From NCBI GenBank assembly GCA_965214405.1, contig OZ243956.1, positions 3,104,001 to 3,168,000 of the forward strand: a stretch of 64,000 nt of DNA. Direction: 5' to 3'. Below are positions 37,487-48,081 of this stretch, in pieces. This DNA comes from Trueperaceae bacterium. GTDB taxonomy: Bacteria; Deinococcota; Deinococci; Deinococcales; Trueperaceae. The notes beneath the pieces were generated by a model. It did no database searches, had not been told where the DNA came from, and was given only the letters and a program-made list of their open reading frames with translations. Positions within the stretch are counted from its first letter, which is position 1. Every line of letters starts with the position of its first letter. A program made the position numbers and the translations under genes.

Positions 37487-37766
37487 TAGGAGTAAGTCAT
37501 AAGTCTTGGTACACGCTCTCGAGGGGTAATTTCTGAGAGCTACAGATCGGGGGGATTTTATCTAACAAAGCTTCCGGGGGGCGGTCGCAATCTGGCAACC
37601 AACCCTTCCGGCGCGCCTCCAACTGCGTTATGGAGGGAACCTATACAAAAACGACCCCATAGGCCTTACGTACCGACTGTTACGTAACCCATACGCCACT
37701 CATATGCCGCCCATACGCCAGACATCTGCAAAACTCACCCCTTGCTTGGGATTCAGGAGGAACATA

Positions 37767-39452
37767 GTGCTCAAATCAAGGTTTATAGGTTTTTTCATCG
37801 TTCTTGTGACGTTCGCCTTGACGCCCGTGTTGGCCCAGGACGACACGCCCAGAGGCGGCACGGTCATCATTAACGAAGCCCCCGCGGGGGCCTGGGTGCG
37901 CAACTTCAACCCCTTCGCCCCCGACCCCGCCGATCCCACCGGCTCGCTCATTTACGAACCGCTTATCTTGTGGAACCCGGTCGAGGGCGGCGCGCCGACC
38001 TACTGGCTGGCGACCGACTACAGCTACGGGGACGACCTTTTGTCGCTCACCTTCACCTTGCGCGACGGCGTCCTTTGGAGCGACGGCGAGGCTTTCAACG
38101 CCGACGACGTTGTTTTTACCTTTGACATGATCCAGGAGCACCCGGCACTCGACCGCGGGGCGCTCCTGGATTTTACCGAGAGTGCCGAGAAGGTTGACGA
38201 CCTCACCGTTCGCTTCAACTTGAGCAAAGTCTTTACCCAGGCCGAGACCGTGATCGGGCGGCTCAACATCGTCCCGGAACACGTCTGGTCGGAGCTCGAG
38301 GACCCGGTCACCTTCACCAACCCCGAGCCCGTCGCCACCGGCCCCTTCACCGAGGTGAGCACCTTTAGCGAGCAGGTGTTCGAGGTCTGCCGCAACGAGA
38401 ACTACTGGCAAGAGGGCAAGCCTTATGTGGACTGCCTGCGTTACCCGGCCTTTACGGGCGGCGACCCGGTCAACCTCGCGCTGATCAGCGGCGACATCGA
38501 CTGGGCGGGCAACTTCGTGCCGGATATTGACCTCACCTACGTTGCCGCCAACCCGGAGGACCACGGCTACTACTTCTGGCCCGGCGGCGCGGTCGTGCAG
38601 CTCTACCCCAACACCACCAAGGCCCCCTTTGACGACGTGGCGTTCCGGCGCGCGCTGAGCATGGCGGTTAACTACGAAGACATCGTGGACATCGGCATGT
38701 TCGGCTACACCGTACCCGCTAACGCCACGGGCCTGGGACCGGCGCACGAAACCTGGCTGAGCGAGGCGGCGTTAGAGCGTGCGGCCGAACTCGGCTTAGC
38801 GCGCTTCGACCCCGAGGCCGCCGCCGCGGCGCTTGACGAAGCGGGTTACGTCGACGCCGACGGCGACGGCTGGCGCGACATGCCCGACGGCAGCCCGCTG
38901 GCGTTCACCATCCAGTCGGTGAGCGGCTGGCCCGACTGGGCGAGCGTGGTCCAGATCATCAGTCAGAGCTACCAGGACTTAGGCCTTAACGCGACGGTTA
39001 ATTTTCCCGATTTCGGCCAGTGGCTCAACAACCTCCAGACCGCCGATTACGATGTGTCGATCGGCTGGAGCACCGCCGGGCGCACCCCCTACGACTTCTA
39101 CCGCAACGTCTTAGACCCTTCGCTTATCGGCGACGACGACCTCGCCAACGCCCAACTGTGGGCGCGCTGGACGAGCGACGAGGCCGCGGAGCTCCTAAGC
39201 GAATTTACCCAAACCGCCGACGAGAGCGAGCAGCGCGAGATTGTCGACCGGCTCCAGGAAATCTACGTCGAGAACTCCCCCGCCATCCCGCTCTTTCCGG
39301 GGCCGACCTGGTACGAGTACAACACGGGGCGTTTTACGGGCTTTCCCACCGAAGAGGACTACTACACCCAGGGCAGTCCCTGGGCCTTGGAATCGCGCCT
39401 CATCGTCGCCACCACCATTCACTGTGTGGACGAGGCGAGCTGTGGTCAGTAG
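37767..39452 (+). CDS. Family-5 ABC solute-binding protein (oligosaccharide-binding Opp subgroup)
   Basis: NFNPF, IYEPL, LRDGVLWSDGEAFNADDVVFTF, NPEPVATGPF and GWPDW motifs; AGGAGG before GTG 37767. Confidence 0.9.
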   Translation: MLKSRFIGFFIVLVTFALTPVLAQDDTPRGGTVIINEAPAGAWVRNFNPFAPDPADPTGSLIYEPLILWNPVEGGAPTYWLATDYSYGDDLLSLTFTLRDGVLWSDGEAFNADDVVFTFDMIQEHPALDRGALLDFTESAEKVDDLTVRFNLSKVFTQAETVIGRLNIVPEHVWSELEDPVTFTNPEPVATGPFTEVSTFSEQVFEVCRNENYWQEGKPYVDCLRYPAFTGGDPVNLALISGDIDWAGNFVPDIDLTYVAANPEDHGYYFWPGGAVVQLYPNTTKAPFDDVAFRRALSMAVNYEDIVDIGMFGYTVPANATGLGPAHETWLSEAALERAAELGLARFDPEAAAAALDEAGYVDADGDGWRDMPDGSPLAFTIQSVSGWPDWASVVQIISQSYQDLGLNATVNFPDFGQWLNNLQTADYDVSIGWSTAGRTPYDFYRNVLDPSLIGDDDLANAQLWARWTSDEAAELLSEFTQTADESEQREIVDRLQEIYVENSPAIPLFPGPTWYEYNTGRFTGFPTEEDYYTQGSPWALESRLIVATTIHCVDEASCGQ

Positions 39453-39488
39453 AAGCGTGACGCGCTCGAGCTAAACCAGGTTGCAATC

Positions 39489-39512
39489 AGGGGTGGGTTC
39501 CGGCCCACCCCT
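39489..39512 (+). terminator. Hairpin after the solute-binding protein gene
   Basis: AGGGGTGGG / CCCACCCCT stem. Confidence 0.45.
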
Positions 39513-39564
39513 ACGCGATTTTGACATCAGGAAAAGCACCCTTGGCCCCTTCTAAAGGACGCAT

Positions 39565-40542
39565 ATGCGCTTTATTTTGAGAAAACTGGGCTTCTATTTA
39601 ACCGCCGCTTTCGTCGCCATCACGCTCAACTTCTTTATCCCCCGGATGATGACCGGCGACCCGGTGCAGCTTATGTTCGCCCGCTTTCAGGGGCGTCTGG
39701 ACCCCCGGACGCTGGACTCTCTCAAGGCGACGTTTGGCTTTGTCGACGGCCCGCTCATCAATCAGTATTTTGTCTACCTAGCCAACTTGTTTCGCGGCAA
39801 CTTAGGGCTTTCCATCTCGCAGTTTCCCACGCCCGTTATCGACGTGATCGGCTCGGGGTTGGCCTGGACGCTCCGCTTGGTGGGTTTAGCCACCATTATT
39901 GCGTTTACCCTGGGTATTTTGCTGGGAACGATAGCCGCCTGGCGGCGAGGCAAATTCATCGACAAGTACGTCCTGCCCGCCGCCGCCGTGCTCAACGCCT
40001 TTCCCTATTTTTGGATCGCGATGCTGGCGCTCTATTTCCTGGGCTTCAACCTCCGCCTTTTCCCGCTCAGCCACGCCTTTGATTTGTCGCTTAATCCGGA
40101 CTGGGGCTCGCCCAAGTTTATCGGCAGCGTCGTGAACCACGCCATTTTGCCCTCCTTGACCATCGTCGTGACCGCCTTTGGCGGCTGGATGCTGGGGATG
40201 CGCAACAACATGATCAGCGTGCTCGCCGACGACTACATCGTGATGGCGCAGGCCAAGGGCCTGCCCGACCGGCGGGTGATGCTCACCTACGCGGCCCGGA
40301 ACGCGATTTTGCCCAGCCTGACCGGCTTCGCCATGTCGCTCGGTTTTGTGATCGGCGGGGCGCTTCTTACCGAAATCGTTTTTTCCTATCCGGGCATGGG
40401 CTTTTTGCTCCTGCAGGCGGTGAACGCTCGAGACTTCCCGCTCATGCAGGGCATCTTTTTGATTATCACGATGACCGTCCTCGTCGCCAACCTCATAGCC
40501 GACATCACCTACGTCTTGCTCGACCCCAGGGCACGGACCTGA
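39565..40542 (+). CDS. Opp/Dpp-type ABC permease (OppB-like)
   Basis: DYIVMAQAKGL, RNAILP and EIVFSYPGMG motifs. Confidence 0.92.
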   Translation: MRFILRKLGFYLTAAFVAITLNFFIPRMMTGDPVQLMFARFQGRLDPRTLDSLKATFGFVDGPLINQYFVYLANLFRGNLGLSISQFPTPVIDVIGSGLAWTLRLVGLATIIAFTLGILLGTIAAWRRGKFIDKYVLPAAAVLNAFPYFWIAMLALYFLGFNLRLFPLSHAFDLSLNPDWGSPKFIGSVVNHAILPSLTIVVTAFGGWMLGMRNNMISVLADDYIVMAQAKGLPDRRVMLTYAARNAILPSLTGFAMSLGFVIGGALLTEIVFSYPGMGFLLLQAVNARDFPLMQGIFLIITMTVLVANLIADITYVLLDPRART

Positions 40543-40580
40543 GATGAAGCTCCCCCAAAGACCTTTTTACGGAGGCGGTC

Positions 40581-41477
40581 ATGCAGTCCAGTAAAGCCAT
40601 CACCGAACACAACAGGACCTCACGCCGCATCCGGCTGCCGGGCTGGCTGACGCGGATTTTTCGCAACCGCAAGGCGGCGGTCGGCATCTCTATCTTGATC
40701 TTTTTCGTCGTGGTGGCGCTCCTTGCCGATGTTATCTCCCCGATAGACCCCAACCGGCGGGTCGCCAGGCCCAATCAGCCGCCGAGCGCCGAACATTACT
40801 TCGGCTCGTCGCGCCAGGGCCAGGACATTTTCGCCCAGGTGGTCCACGGCGCCCGCGTCACGCTGGTGGTCGGGTTTTTGACGGGCACCGTCATCATCGC
40901 CATCGCCGTCGCCGTCGGCTTGACCGCGGGCTACGCGGGCGGCTTGGTGGACGAGGCGCTGTCGCTCATCACCAACGTCTTTTTGATCATCCCCGGTCTG
41001 CCGCTCATCATCGTGGTGGCGGGCTGGCTCGAGAGCCCCGGCCCCTTAACCATCGTGCTGGTCTTGAGCTTGACGAGCTGGGCGTTCGGGGCCAGGGTGC
41101 TGCGCTCGCAGGCGCTTACTTTGCGCAACAGCGAGTTCGTCGCCGCCGCGAGGGTTTCGGGCGAGTCGGGCTGGCGCATCGTCCTGACCGAAATCCTACC
41201 TAACATGACTTCGCTGGTGGTCTCGAGCTGGATCGGCGCGGTGCTCTTCGCGATTCTGACCCAGGCCAGCTTAGAATTCATCGGCCTGGGCAACCCCAAC
41301 GCGGTGACCTGGGGGACCATCCTGTTCTGGGCGCAGTCGAACCAGGCGCTTCTGACCAAAGCCTGGTGGACCTTTGTCCCGCCGGGCGTCTGTATCGCGC
41401 TCGTGGGCCTGAGCTTAGTGCTCATCAATTACGGCATCGACGAAATCACCAACCCAAGGTTGCAGACGGAGAGTTGA
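40581..41477 (+). CDS. Opp/Dpp-type ABC permease (OppC-like)
   Basis: PPSAEHYFG..GQDIF, EFVAAARVSG and EILPN motifs. Confidence 0.92.
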   Translation: MQSSKAITEHNRTSRRIRLPGWLTRIFRNRKAAVGISILIFFVVVALLADVISPIDPNRRVARPNQPPSAEHYFGSSRQGQDIFAQVVHGARVTLVVGFLTGTVIIAIAVAVGLTAGYAGGLVDEALSLITNVFLIIPGLPLIIVVAGWLESPGPLTIVLVLSLTSWAFGARVLRSQALTLRNSEFVAAARVSGESGWRIVLTEILPNMTSLVVSSWIGAVLFAILTQASLEFIGLGNPNAVTWGTILFWAQSNQALLTKAWWTFVPPGVCIALVGLSLVLINYGIDEITNPRLQTES

Positions 41478-41486
41478 GGGAGCCTT

Positions 41487-42521
41487 GTGAACCGTATGCG
41501 TACTGGGGCCGGTGAGACTGGAGCTGGTGAGAACGTAGATATTGCCCCGACCGAAGCGCTCTTGAGCGTCGAAGACTTACAGGTCGAGTACCGCGTCCGG
41601 CGCGGCGCGGTGCGCGCCGTGAACGGCGTGTCTTTCGACATCAAGCCCAACGAGGTGTTCGGCTTGGCGGGCGAGTCCGGCAGCGGCAAATCGACCATCG
41701 CCTACGCCGTCACCCGGCTTCACAAACCCCCGGCGCACATCGTCGGCGGCAGGGTGATGTTCCGGGGCGAGGATGTCCTCTCGTTGAGCGAGGAGGCGCT
41801 GCGGGCCTTTCGCTGGCGTCACGCGTCCATCGTTTTTCAGAGCGCCATGAACGCGCTCAACCCGGTGCTGAGTATCGGCGACCAGATTGTCGACGTGATC
41901 GTGGCGCACAAGGTGAGCGGCAAAAGGGAGGCCAGGGAGCGGGCCAAGAGCCTCTTACAAACGGTCGGTATCGACCCGAAGCGCGTCAGCAGCTACCCGC
42001 ATCAGCTCTCGGGCGGGATGCGCCAGCGCGCGGTGATCGCGCTCGCCCTGGCCTTGAACCCCGAACTCATCATCATGGACGAGCCGACCACCGCCTTGGA
42101 CGTGGTGGTGCAAAAACAGATCATGAAAGAGATTCGCCAGCTCAAAGAGCAGTTCGGCTTTTCGATCCTTTTTATCACCCACGACCTCTCGCTGCTCGTC
42201 GAGCTGTCCGACCGCATCGCCATCATGTACGCGGGCGAACTTATTGAGGTCGCGCCTGCTAGTGAAATCTTCCGCGCCGCCAAGCATCCCTATACGGAGC
42301 AACTGATGAACTCTTTTCCTACCATCCACGGCCCGCGCCGCGAACTCAAGGGCATCCCCGGCTCGCCGCCCGACCTCGTCTCGCCGCCCTCGGGGTGTAA
42401 GTTTCATCCGCGCTGTCATTTGGCGATCGAGGGCACCTGCGACGAAATCGAGCCGCCCCCCTACCGAACCGGGGCCGAGCACGTCGCCACTTGTCACCTG
42501 TTGGCGGAGGAGGCGGCGTGA
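41487..42521 (+). CDS. Opp/Dpp-type ABC ATPase (OppD-like)
   Basis: GESGSGKS, YPHQLSGGMRQR, DEPTTALD and C.FHPRC motifs. Confidence 0.93.
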   Translation: MNRMRTGAGETGAGENVDIAPTEALLSVEDLQVEYRVRRGAVRAVNGVSFDIKPNEVFGLAGESGSGKSTIAYAVTRLHKPPAHIVGGRVMFRGEDVLSLSEEALRAFRWRHASIVFQSAMNALNPVLSIGDQIVDVIVAHKVSGKREARERAKSLLQTVGIDPKRVSSYPHQLSGGMRQRAVIALALALNPELIIMDEPTTALDVVVQKQIMKEIRQLKEQFGFSILFITHDLSLLVELSDRIAIMYAGELIEVAPASEIFRAAKHPYTEQLMNSFPTIHGPRRELKGIPGSPPDLVSPPSGCKFHPRCHLAIEGTCDEIEPPPYRTGAEHVATCHLLAEEAA

Positions 42522-43531
42522 GGGCGCGAGAGGCGATCCTCGAGGCCCGCGACTTAGGCAAAGACTTTCACGCGGGCGGTCCGCTCTCGCGCCAGGTGGT
42601 CAAGGCGGTCCAGGAAGCGTCCGTCAAGCTCTATCCGGGTCACGTCACGGCGTTGGTGGGCGAGAGCGGCAGCGGCAAGAGCACGCTCGCCCGGATGCTG
42701 GCGCAACTTTATAAGCCAACCAGGGGCGAGATTATTTTTAGGGGCAAAAACGTCCTCGAGGGCCGCGGGCGCAAGAAGGAGCTCGACTACCGCAACCGGG
42801 TGCAGATGATTTTTCAGGACCCCTTCAGCTCGCTCAATCCCGTTCACCAGGTTCATCATCCCCTCCGGCGCGCGCTCAAGATTCACGGCAAAAAGGGGGA
42901 CAGCAAGGCCCTTTTGAGCCTGCTCGAGCGCGTCGCCCTCACCCCGGTCGAAGACTTTATCGACAAATACCCGCACCAGCTTTCGGGCGGGCAGCGCCAG
43001 CGCATCGCCATCGCGCGGGCGCTGGCGGTCGAGCCGGACGTTATTTTGGCCGACGAGCCCATCTCGATGCTCGACGTGTCCATCCGCATGGGCGTCTTGA
43101 ACCTCATGGCGCGACTCCGCGACGACTTTAATATCGCGTTTCTTTACGTGACCCACGACCTCGCCAGCGCCCGCTATTTTGCCGACGACACGCTCGTCAT
43201 GTACGCCGGGCGCATCGTCGAGGCCGCGCCGAGCGAAAGTCTGGTGCAAGACCCCAAACACCCGTACACGCAACTCCTGCTCTCCGCCGTACCCGACCCG
43301 GAGCGCGGCCTGCGCACCGACACCGTTGAGGCCGAGGGGGAGGTGCCCAACCTGACCGAAATCGGGCCGGGCTGCCCCTTCGCGCCGCGCTGCCCGCACG
43401 TCATGGCGCGCTGCCACGAGGCCATGCCGCCCGTGACCACCCTCTCCGCCGAGCGCTGGACGCGCTGTTACTTGTACGAGCCGGGCACAGAAGACGGCCC
43501 CCGGCCCGCCGCCACGCCGAGCCTGAGTTAG
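42518..43531 (+). CDS. Opp/Dpp-type ABC ATPase (OppF-like)
   Basis: GESGSGKS, LSGGQRQR and DEPISMLD motifs; GTG start overlaps the upstream stop. Confidence 0.93.
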   Translation: MRAREAILEARDLGKDFHAGGPLSRQVVKAVQEASVKLYPGHVTALVGESGSGKSTLARMLAQLYKPTRGEIIFRGKNVLEGRGRKKELDYRNRVQMIFQDPFSSLNPVHQVHHPLRRALKIHGKKGDSKALLSLLERVALTPVEDFIDKYPHQLSGGQRQRIAIARALAVEPDVILADEPISMLDVSIRMGVLNLMARLRDDFNIAFLYVTHDLASARYFADDTLVMYAGRIVEAAPSESLVQDPKHPYTQLLLSAVPDPERGLRTDTVEAEGEVPNLTEIGPGCPFAPRCPHVMARCHEAMPPVTTLSAERWTRCYLYEPGTEDGPRPAATPSLS

Positions 43532-43555
43532 AGGTCAGACGATAAGGAGCAGACC

Positions 43556-45136
43556 GTGTCACAGCTAAAAATCCTCACCCTCGCCACCTTGTTGATGCTC
43601 GCGTCGTCAGGGGCGCAGCGTAGCCACGAAGCAAGCCGGGAAGCTCGAGCCGATTCGACCTCAACTCACCAAAGCACGCTTCCCAGCAGCGGCGACGCTG
43701 CGGCGCAACGCGCCCACGTCTGGAGCCTGTGGGCGAGCTTGACCGAACGCGGCGGTGTAGGAGACGACGTGGAAGACGGTGTAGAAGACGGCGTAGGAAA
43801 CAGCGTAGGACTGGCGGGTTGGGAAAGCTGGTACCGCGCCGACGAAATCTTCACGCCCAACCCAAGCGTGTGTCAGGGCGAGGCTGAGGCCCCGCGAGCA
43901 CCCGAGCGTCAGTTCGAGTCGTTGGTGCAGTTGGAGGGAACGCCCGAGGATATAGGGGAGTCGAATCTGACGTTCGTGATGTATAACGAGGCTGCCTGTA
44001 GGCACATCATCGAGAACGGCTACCACCTCCGCTCGACCCTTGACGGCCTTTTGGCTGCCGACACAGCGGACATCGCGCCCTTCCCCAAAGAAAGCATGAT
44101 CGTAAAAACGTTCTGGGTTCCCGTCAACGGCCAAGAACTCTCGCCGCTGCCCGTCTGGGACGATAGTTCAGACGCCACAGACGGCGCGACCAACAGCCTG
44201 CCGACCTGGGAGCGGATTGTGCTGATCGACGCCACGGGCGAACGCGTAGGGGAGACCGTCGCGCACTACACGCTGCCCGACGGCTCGAGGAGCTACCAAA
44301 ACGTCAAGGTCGTTGGCCTTAATGACTTTTATCACACCCCTTTTGACGAAGCGACGGTCCACTACCTGCGAAGAACGATCGCCAGCAGCAAAAGCGCCAG
44401 GGTCGTGTTTCATTCCGGAGTGGCCTATCCCCTAACGCCGACCACCTTCTTTTTGGGGCGCGACCCGCAGACGGGCGACTACGCCGCTCTGGTCGCGCTG
44501 CACCTCACCACCAAAGAGACGCCCGAATGGCTCTGGGCGACCTTTTGGTGGCACGACGAGGCTCAGAAAAGCCCCTATGGCGCCGACGTTGCGGGTGTCC
44601 GGCCGCCCTTTAGCCACTACAAGATGGATGTCGCGTTCGACATGGTAACGCCGCTCGAGGCCGACGGCTCGCCCAACGCCGTCTACAATCCCTACATGGA
44701 GCTTGGTCTACCCGGCGGCGCCGCCTCGAACTGTATGAGCTGCCACGCTCGAGCAACCCATACGGCGAGCGCGGACTCGCTGCTTTTTTCGACCCGCCGG
44801 GACGTGGCGAACGCCGTAAGCAGCCTCAACCGTGGGAAGCTTCCAGCCGTTCTCGGGGACGGGATACGGGAGCGCGCCTTTGCCGTTGCCGATGACGCCC
44901 TCGTCAAGGAGACGGAAAGCGGCTGGGAAATCACCAACGGCGTTGAGCCCCAGTTCGTCATCGAGAGAGCGGAGGACGGAGCCACCCTAAGGGTAAAGAG
45001 CACCGCTTTTACGCCTCTTACCGTCGGCAATATCGATCCAACTTCAGCGTATTACGACGACCGGCTGCGCTCGGATTTTCTTTGGTCTATTCCCGTGAGA
45101 GCCGTGCCGGACGCGGCGGGGGCTGGGAGAGAATAA
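43556..45136 (+). CDS. Secreted hypothetical protein with a single CXXCH (putative c-type cytochrome)
   Basis: Signal peptide; LH..TKE.PEWLWATFWW and YNPYME...SNCMSCHARA; SD AAGGAG. Confidence 0.7.
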   Translation: MSQLKILTLATLLMLASSGAQRSHEASREARADSTSTHQSTLPSSGDAAAQRAHVWSLWASLTERGGVGDDVEDGVEDGVGNSVGLAGWESWYRADEIFTPNPSVCQGEAEAPRAPERQFESLVQLEGTPEDIGESNLTFVMYNEAACRHIIENGYHLRSTLDGLLAADTADIAPFPKESMIVKTFWVPVNGQELSPLPVWDDSSDATDGATNSLPTWERIVLIDATGERVGETVAHYTLPDGSRSYQNVKVVGLNDFYHTPFDEATVHYLRRTIASSKSARVVFHSGVAYPLTPTTFFLGRDPQTGDYAALVALHLTTKETPEWLWATFWWHDEAQKSPYGADVAGVRPPFSHYKMDVAFDMVTPLEADGSPNAVYNPYMELGLPGGAASNCMSCHARATHTASADSLLFSTRRDVANAVSSLNRGKLPAVLGDGIRERAFAVADDALVKETESGWEITNGVEPQFVIERAEDGATLRVKSTAFTPLTVGNIDPTSAYYDDRLRSDFLWSIPVRAVPDAAGAGRE

Positions 45137-45184
45137 ACACTTATGCTTTGTAGCGCGAAGCGACCCTTCTCAAACGGGTATCGC

Positions 45185-46564
45185 CTAGCGCCAGGGAAAA
45201 CCTATCTTACGCCAGGGCGAGCGAATCTCGCGGAGCACGTCGCGGGTGCGCCAGGCGTTGGTTTCTTGCACGGGGCGAAGGAAGCGCCACGCCTGAACGC
45301 GTAAGAAACCCGAGAGCACGAAAAGCGTGTGGTAGCCCGTCCAGGTGACGCCGTAGCGTTGAAAGTCGAAGCTCAAAAAGAGCGTCAGCAGCGGCCCCGA
45401 CAAGAGCCCGCCCGCGAAACCCGCCAGGCCGGTGGCGAGGCTGTAGACCGCGATAAAGGCGGCGCGTTCGCTTTTGGGCGCGCTCGAGAGCGCCAAGTTA
45501 AAAATAGCCGGGCCGATCGCGCCCCAGGCGAGCGCGTCAAAGACCGCGCTCGCCCAGATGAACTCGAGCCGGTCCGTGAGCCCCGCCAGAACCCAGCACA
45601 GGGGCAGCGCCGCGCCCGCCAGAACGGTGCCAATCGCCAGCACGACCTTGTTGCCGAAGCGGTCCGCCACCCGCCCCCACTGCGAGGTGGTCACAAGCGC
45701 ACAGGTTGAAGCAACCGCGCTCCAGACGGCGATGTGCGTAAAATTCATCTTCAGTTCACCGATAAAATAGGGAAACACAAAGGGTGCCGCCAAGAGCACC
45801 GCGCCTTGCCAATAGACCGCAAAAAGGAGAAAGCGCCTGAAGTTGGGTTCGCGCAGGGGCCGCGCCACCACGTCGCGGAGGCTGGCTTTATGTGGGGCGG
45901 CGGGCGGTTCAAAGTGAAAGCCGTAGAGAAGCACGCCCAAAAGCGCGCAGAGCACCGATACGAAAATAACCATTTGGAAGTTCACGGGCGCGGCGACGTG
46001 GTCCAAGAACCAGCCCGCGCCTAGGTTGGCCCCCATGCCGACCATCCCCACGATGCCCGCGCGGAGCCCGAAATAGCGCCCGCGTCGCCCCTCGGGAACG
46101 ACGTCGCCCATCCAGGCGGCCCAGAGCGTGCCCGCGCTCGCCTGAAAGAGGCTCGAGACCATAATCAGCGCGACCATAAACGTCGGCTGGAAGGTGGCGG
46201 GTACGCCCAAAAAAGGCAGGCACGCGGCCAGCAGCCAGAGCCCGCGGCCCAGCAGCGAGGCGCCGATGGTGAGCCCCTTGCGCTTGCCTATGAGCGCCGC
46301 CAACCAGGCCGCGAGCGGGCTCATCACTTGGGCCAAGAGGGGGACGCTCGAGATGAGCCCAATCTGGGTGGGCGACGCGCCCAAAAAGAGCATGTAACCG
46401 ATCAGCACGCTCCCCGAGGTCCAGTTGAGAAAAATCTGGGTGATGCTGCCCTCGGCGACCGAGAGGCTGAGAGTGCGCTGGACCGGGTCGGCGGCGCGTT
46501 GCGTGTGAGATCTCTGTGGGGCTTGCTGGAGTTTTGGCCGGTGGGCTCTGACGAAGGTAAACAT
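45185..46564 (-). CDS. MFS transporter
   Basis: About 12 TM segments; WMGDVVPE..RGRYFG.R and WGRVADRFGNK motifs. Confidence 0.85.
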   Translation of the reverse strand: MFTFVRAHRPKLQQAPQRSHTQRAADPVQRTLSLSVAEGSITQIFLNWTSGSVLIGYMLFLGASPTQIGLISSVPLLAQVMSPLAAWLAALIGKRKGLTIGASLLGRGLWLLAACLPFLGVPATFQPTFMVALIMVSSLFQASAGTLWAAWMGDVVPEGRRGRYFGLRAGIVGMVGMGANLGAGWFLDHVAAPVNFQMVIFVSVLCALLGVLLYGFHFEPPAAPHKASLRDVVARPLREPNFRRFLLFAVYWQGAVLLAAPFVFPYFIGELKMNFTHIAVWSAVASTCALVTTSQWGRVADRFGNKVVLAIGTVLAGAALPLCWVLAGLTDRLEFIWASAVFDALAWGAIGPAIFNLALSSAPKSERAAFIAVYSLATGLAGFAGGLLSGPLLTLFLSFDFQRYGVTWTGYHTLFVLSGFLRVQAWRFLRPVQETNAWRTRDVLREIRSPWRKIGFPWR

Positions 46565-46776
46565 AAGCGAAAGAGAGTCTAGTTCTTTTTTGTCAGGAAA
46601 GCTACCCCTTTTGTGGCGTAGATTTCACACCCGTGACGCGTTTTGTGCCCGTTCCAGAAAAACCACACCGTGTCGGCTGCTTCACGCCCCGCCGCGCGCC
46701 TTGAGGTAAGGTTAAGGCTGTTTGGTCGTGCTTGATTCGCCGTGCCTGAAAACTTCCCGAACTTGCGTGAAAAAAC

Positions 46777-48081
46777 GTGCAGAGGTTCCTCTTGAAAACC
46801 GCCCGTAGCTCCGTTCCTTCCAGTCCCATTCCTTCCGCAGTCCCCTCCTTACAAAGCCGCGTCGTCAGCCGCTCGCCCGTCTACTACGGTTGGGTCATCC
46901 TCTTCGCAGGTACCTTCGGCATGATTATGACCACGCCCGGCCAGACGGTGGGCGTGTCCGTCTTTCTGGACAAAATCATCGCCGATTTGGGGCTGTCGCG
47001 CTCCGCCGTGTCGCTCCTGTACACGCTCGGCACGCTCGCGGGTTCCTTTTCGCTGCCCTTTGTGGGGCGCTTTATCGACCGGCGCGGCCCACGCGTTGCG
47101 GTCGTGGTGATTGCTGCGCTCTTCGCGCTCGCCTGCGTGTGGATGGGCTTTGTCGGGAGCTTAGTGGGGCTGCTCGTCGGTTTTACGCTCATCCGCGGAC
47201 TTGGTCAAGGCGCGCTCGGGCTGGTCAGCATCCACGTGATTAACATCTGGTTCGTGCGGCGGCGCGGGCTCTCGGTGGGCTTAGCCGGGGTGGGGGTGGC
47301 GCTGGCGACCGCGTTTTTTCCGAGTCTGATCGAGGGGCTTATCGGCACCTTCGGCTGGCGGGGCGCTTATATGCTCCTGGGCGCGCTCATCGCGGTGACG
47401 ATTTTGCCCGTCGGGGCGCTTCTTTTTCGCGGTCACCCCGAACGCTACGGTTTAGAACCCGACGGCAAAGTTAAGCAGGGCGCGCCCGCCGAGGCCGTGT
47501 TTACCGCCGCCGAAGCGCGCCGCACCGTGACCTTCTGGCTTTTTGCGCTCGGCGGTTTTTCGGTCGCGGCGCTCTCGACCGGGCTCATCTTTCACCACTA
47601 TTCGATTATGGCGGCGGGCGGCTTGGACCGGGTGGCGGCGGCGACGGTGTTCATCCCTCTGGGGTTTGTGGCGGCGGGGGCGAACCTGACGACGGGCTTT
47701 CTCATGGACCGCCTGCCGCCGCGGTTCTTGCTCAGCGTGTCGCTCGCGTTCCTTTGCGCGGCGTTGGCGCTGGCGACGCACGTCTCGAGCCCCCTCATCA
47801 TCCTCGCCTACGGCAGCCTCTTGGGGCTCATGCAGGGGATGAGCAACGCCATCCAGGCGAGCGTCTACGCGCACTATTTTGGCCGCAAGCATATCGGCTC
47901 CATCAAAGGCTTTACCTCGACCGTCGGCGTCGCGGGGGCCTCGGTCGGGCCGCTGCTCTTTGCGTTGGGAGAAAGCGCGTTTGGGGGCTACGGCCTCGTG
48001 TTGCTGCTGTCGGCACTCCTCCCCCTGACGCTCGCGCTGGCTGCGCCTTTTACCCGGCCTCCGCAGGGGGCGCTGCGTTAA
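46777..48081 (+). CDS. MFS transporter (OFA-like)
   Basis: YYGWVI, GRFIDRRGPR, WF.RRRG and YFGRKHIGSIKG motifs. Confidence 0.85.
   Translation: MQRFLLKTARSSVPSSPIPSAVPSLQSRVVSRSPVYYGWVILFAGTFGMIMTTPGQTVGVSVFLDKIIADLGLSRSAVSLLYTLGTLAGSFSLPFVGRFIDRRGPRVAVVVIAALFALACVWMGFVGSLVGLLVGFTLIRGLGQGALGLVSIHVINIWFVRRRGLSVGLAGVGVALATAFFPSLIEGLIGTFGWRGAYMLLGALIAVTILPVGALLFRGHPERYGLEPDGKVKQGAPAEAVFTAAEARRTVTFWLFALGGFSVAALSTGLIFHHYSIMAAGGLDRVAAATVFIPLGFVAAGANLTTGFLMDRLPPRFLLSVSLAFLCAALALATHVSSPLIILAYGSLLGLMQGMSNAIQASVYAHYFGRKHIGSIKGFTSTVGVAGASVGPLLFALGESAFGGYGLVLLLSALLPLTLALAAPFTRPPQGALR

Noticed and set aside
37515..37570. Possible TPP riboswitch (GGGG...CTGAGA)
   Set aside because: The downstream CCC/GAACCTGA/GCG.AGGGA elements are absent and the genes are not thiamine-related.
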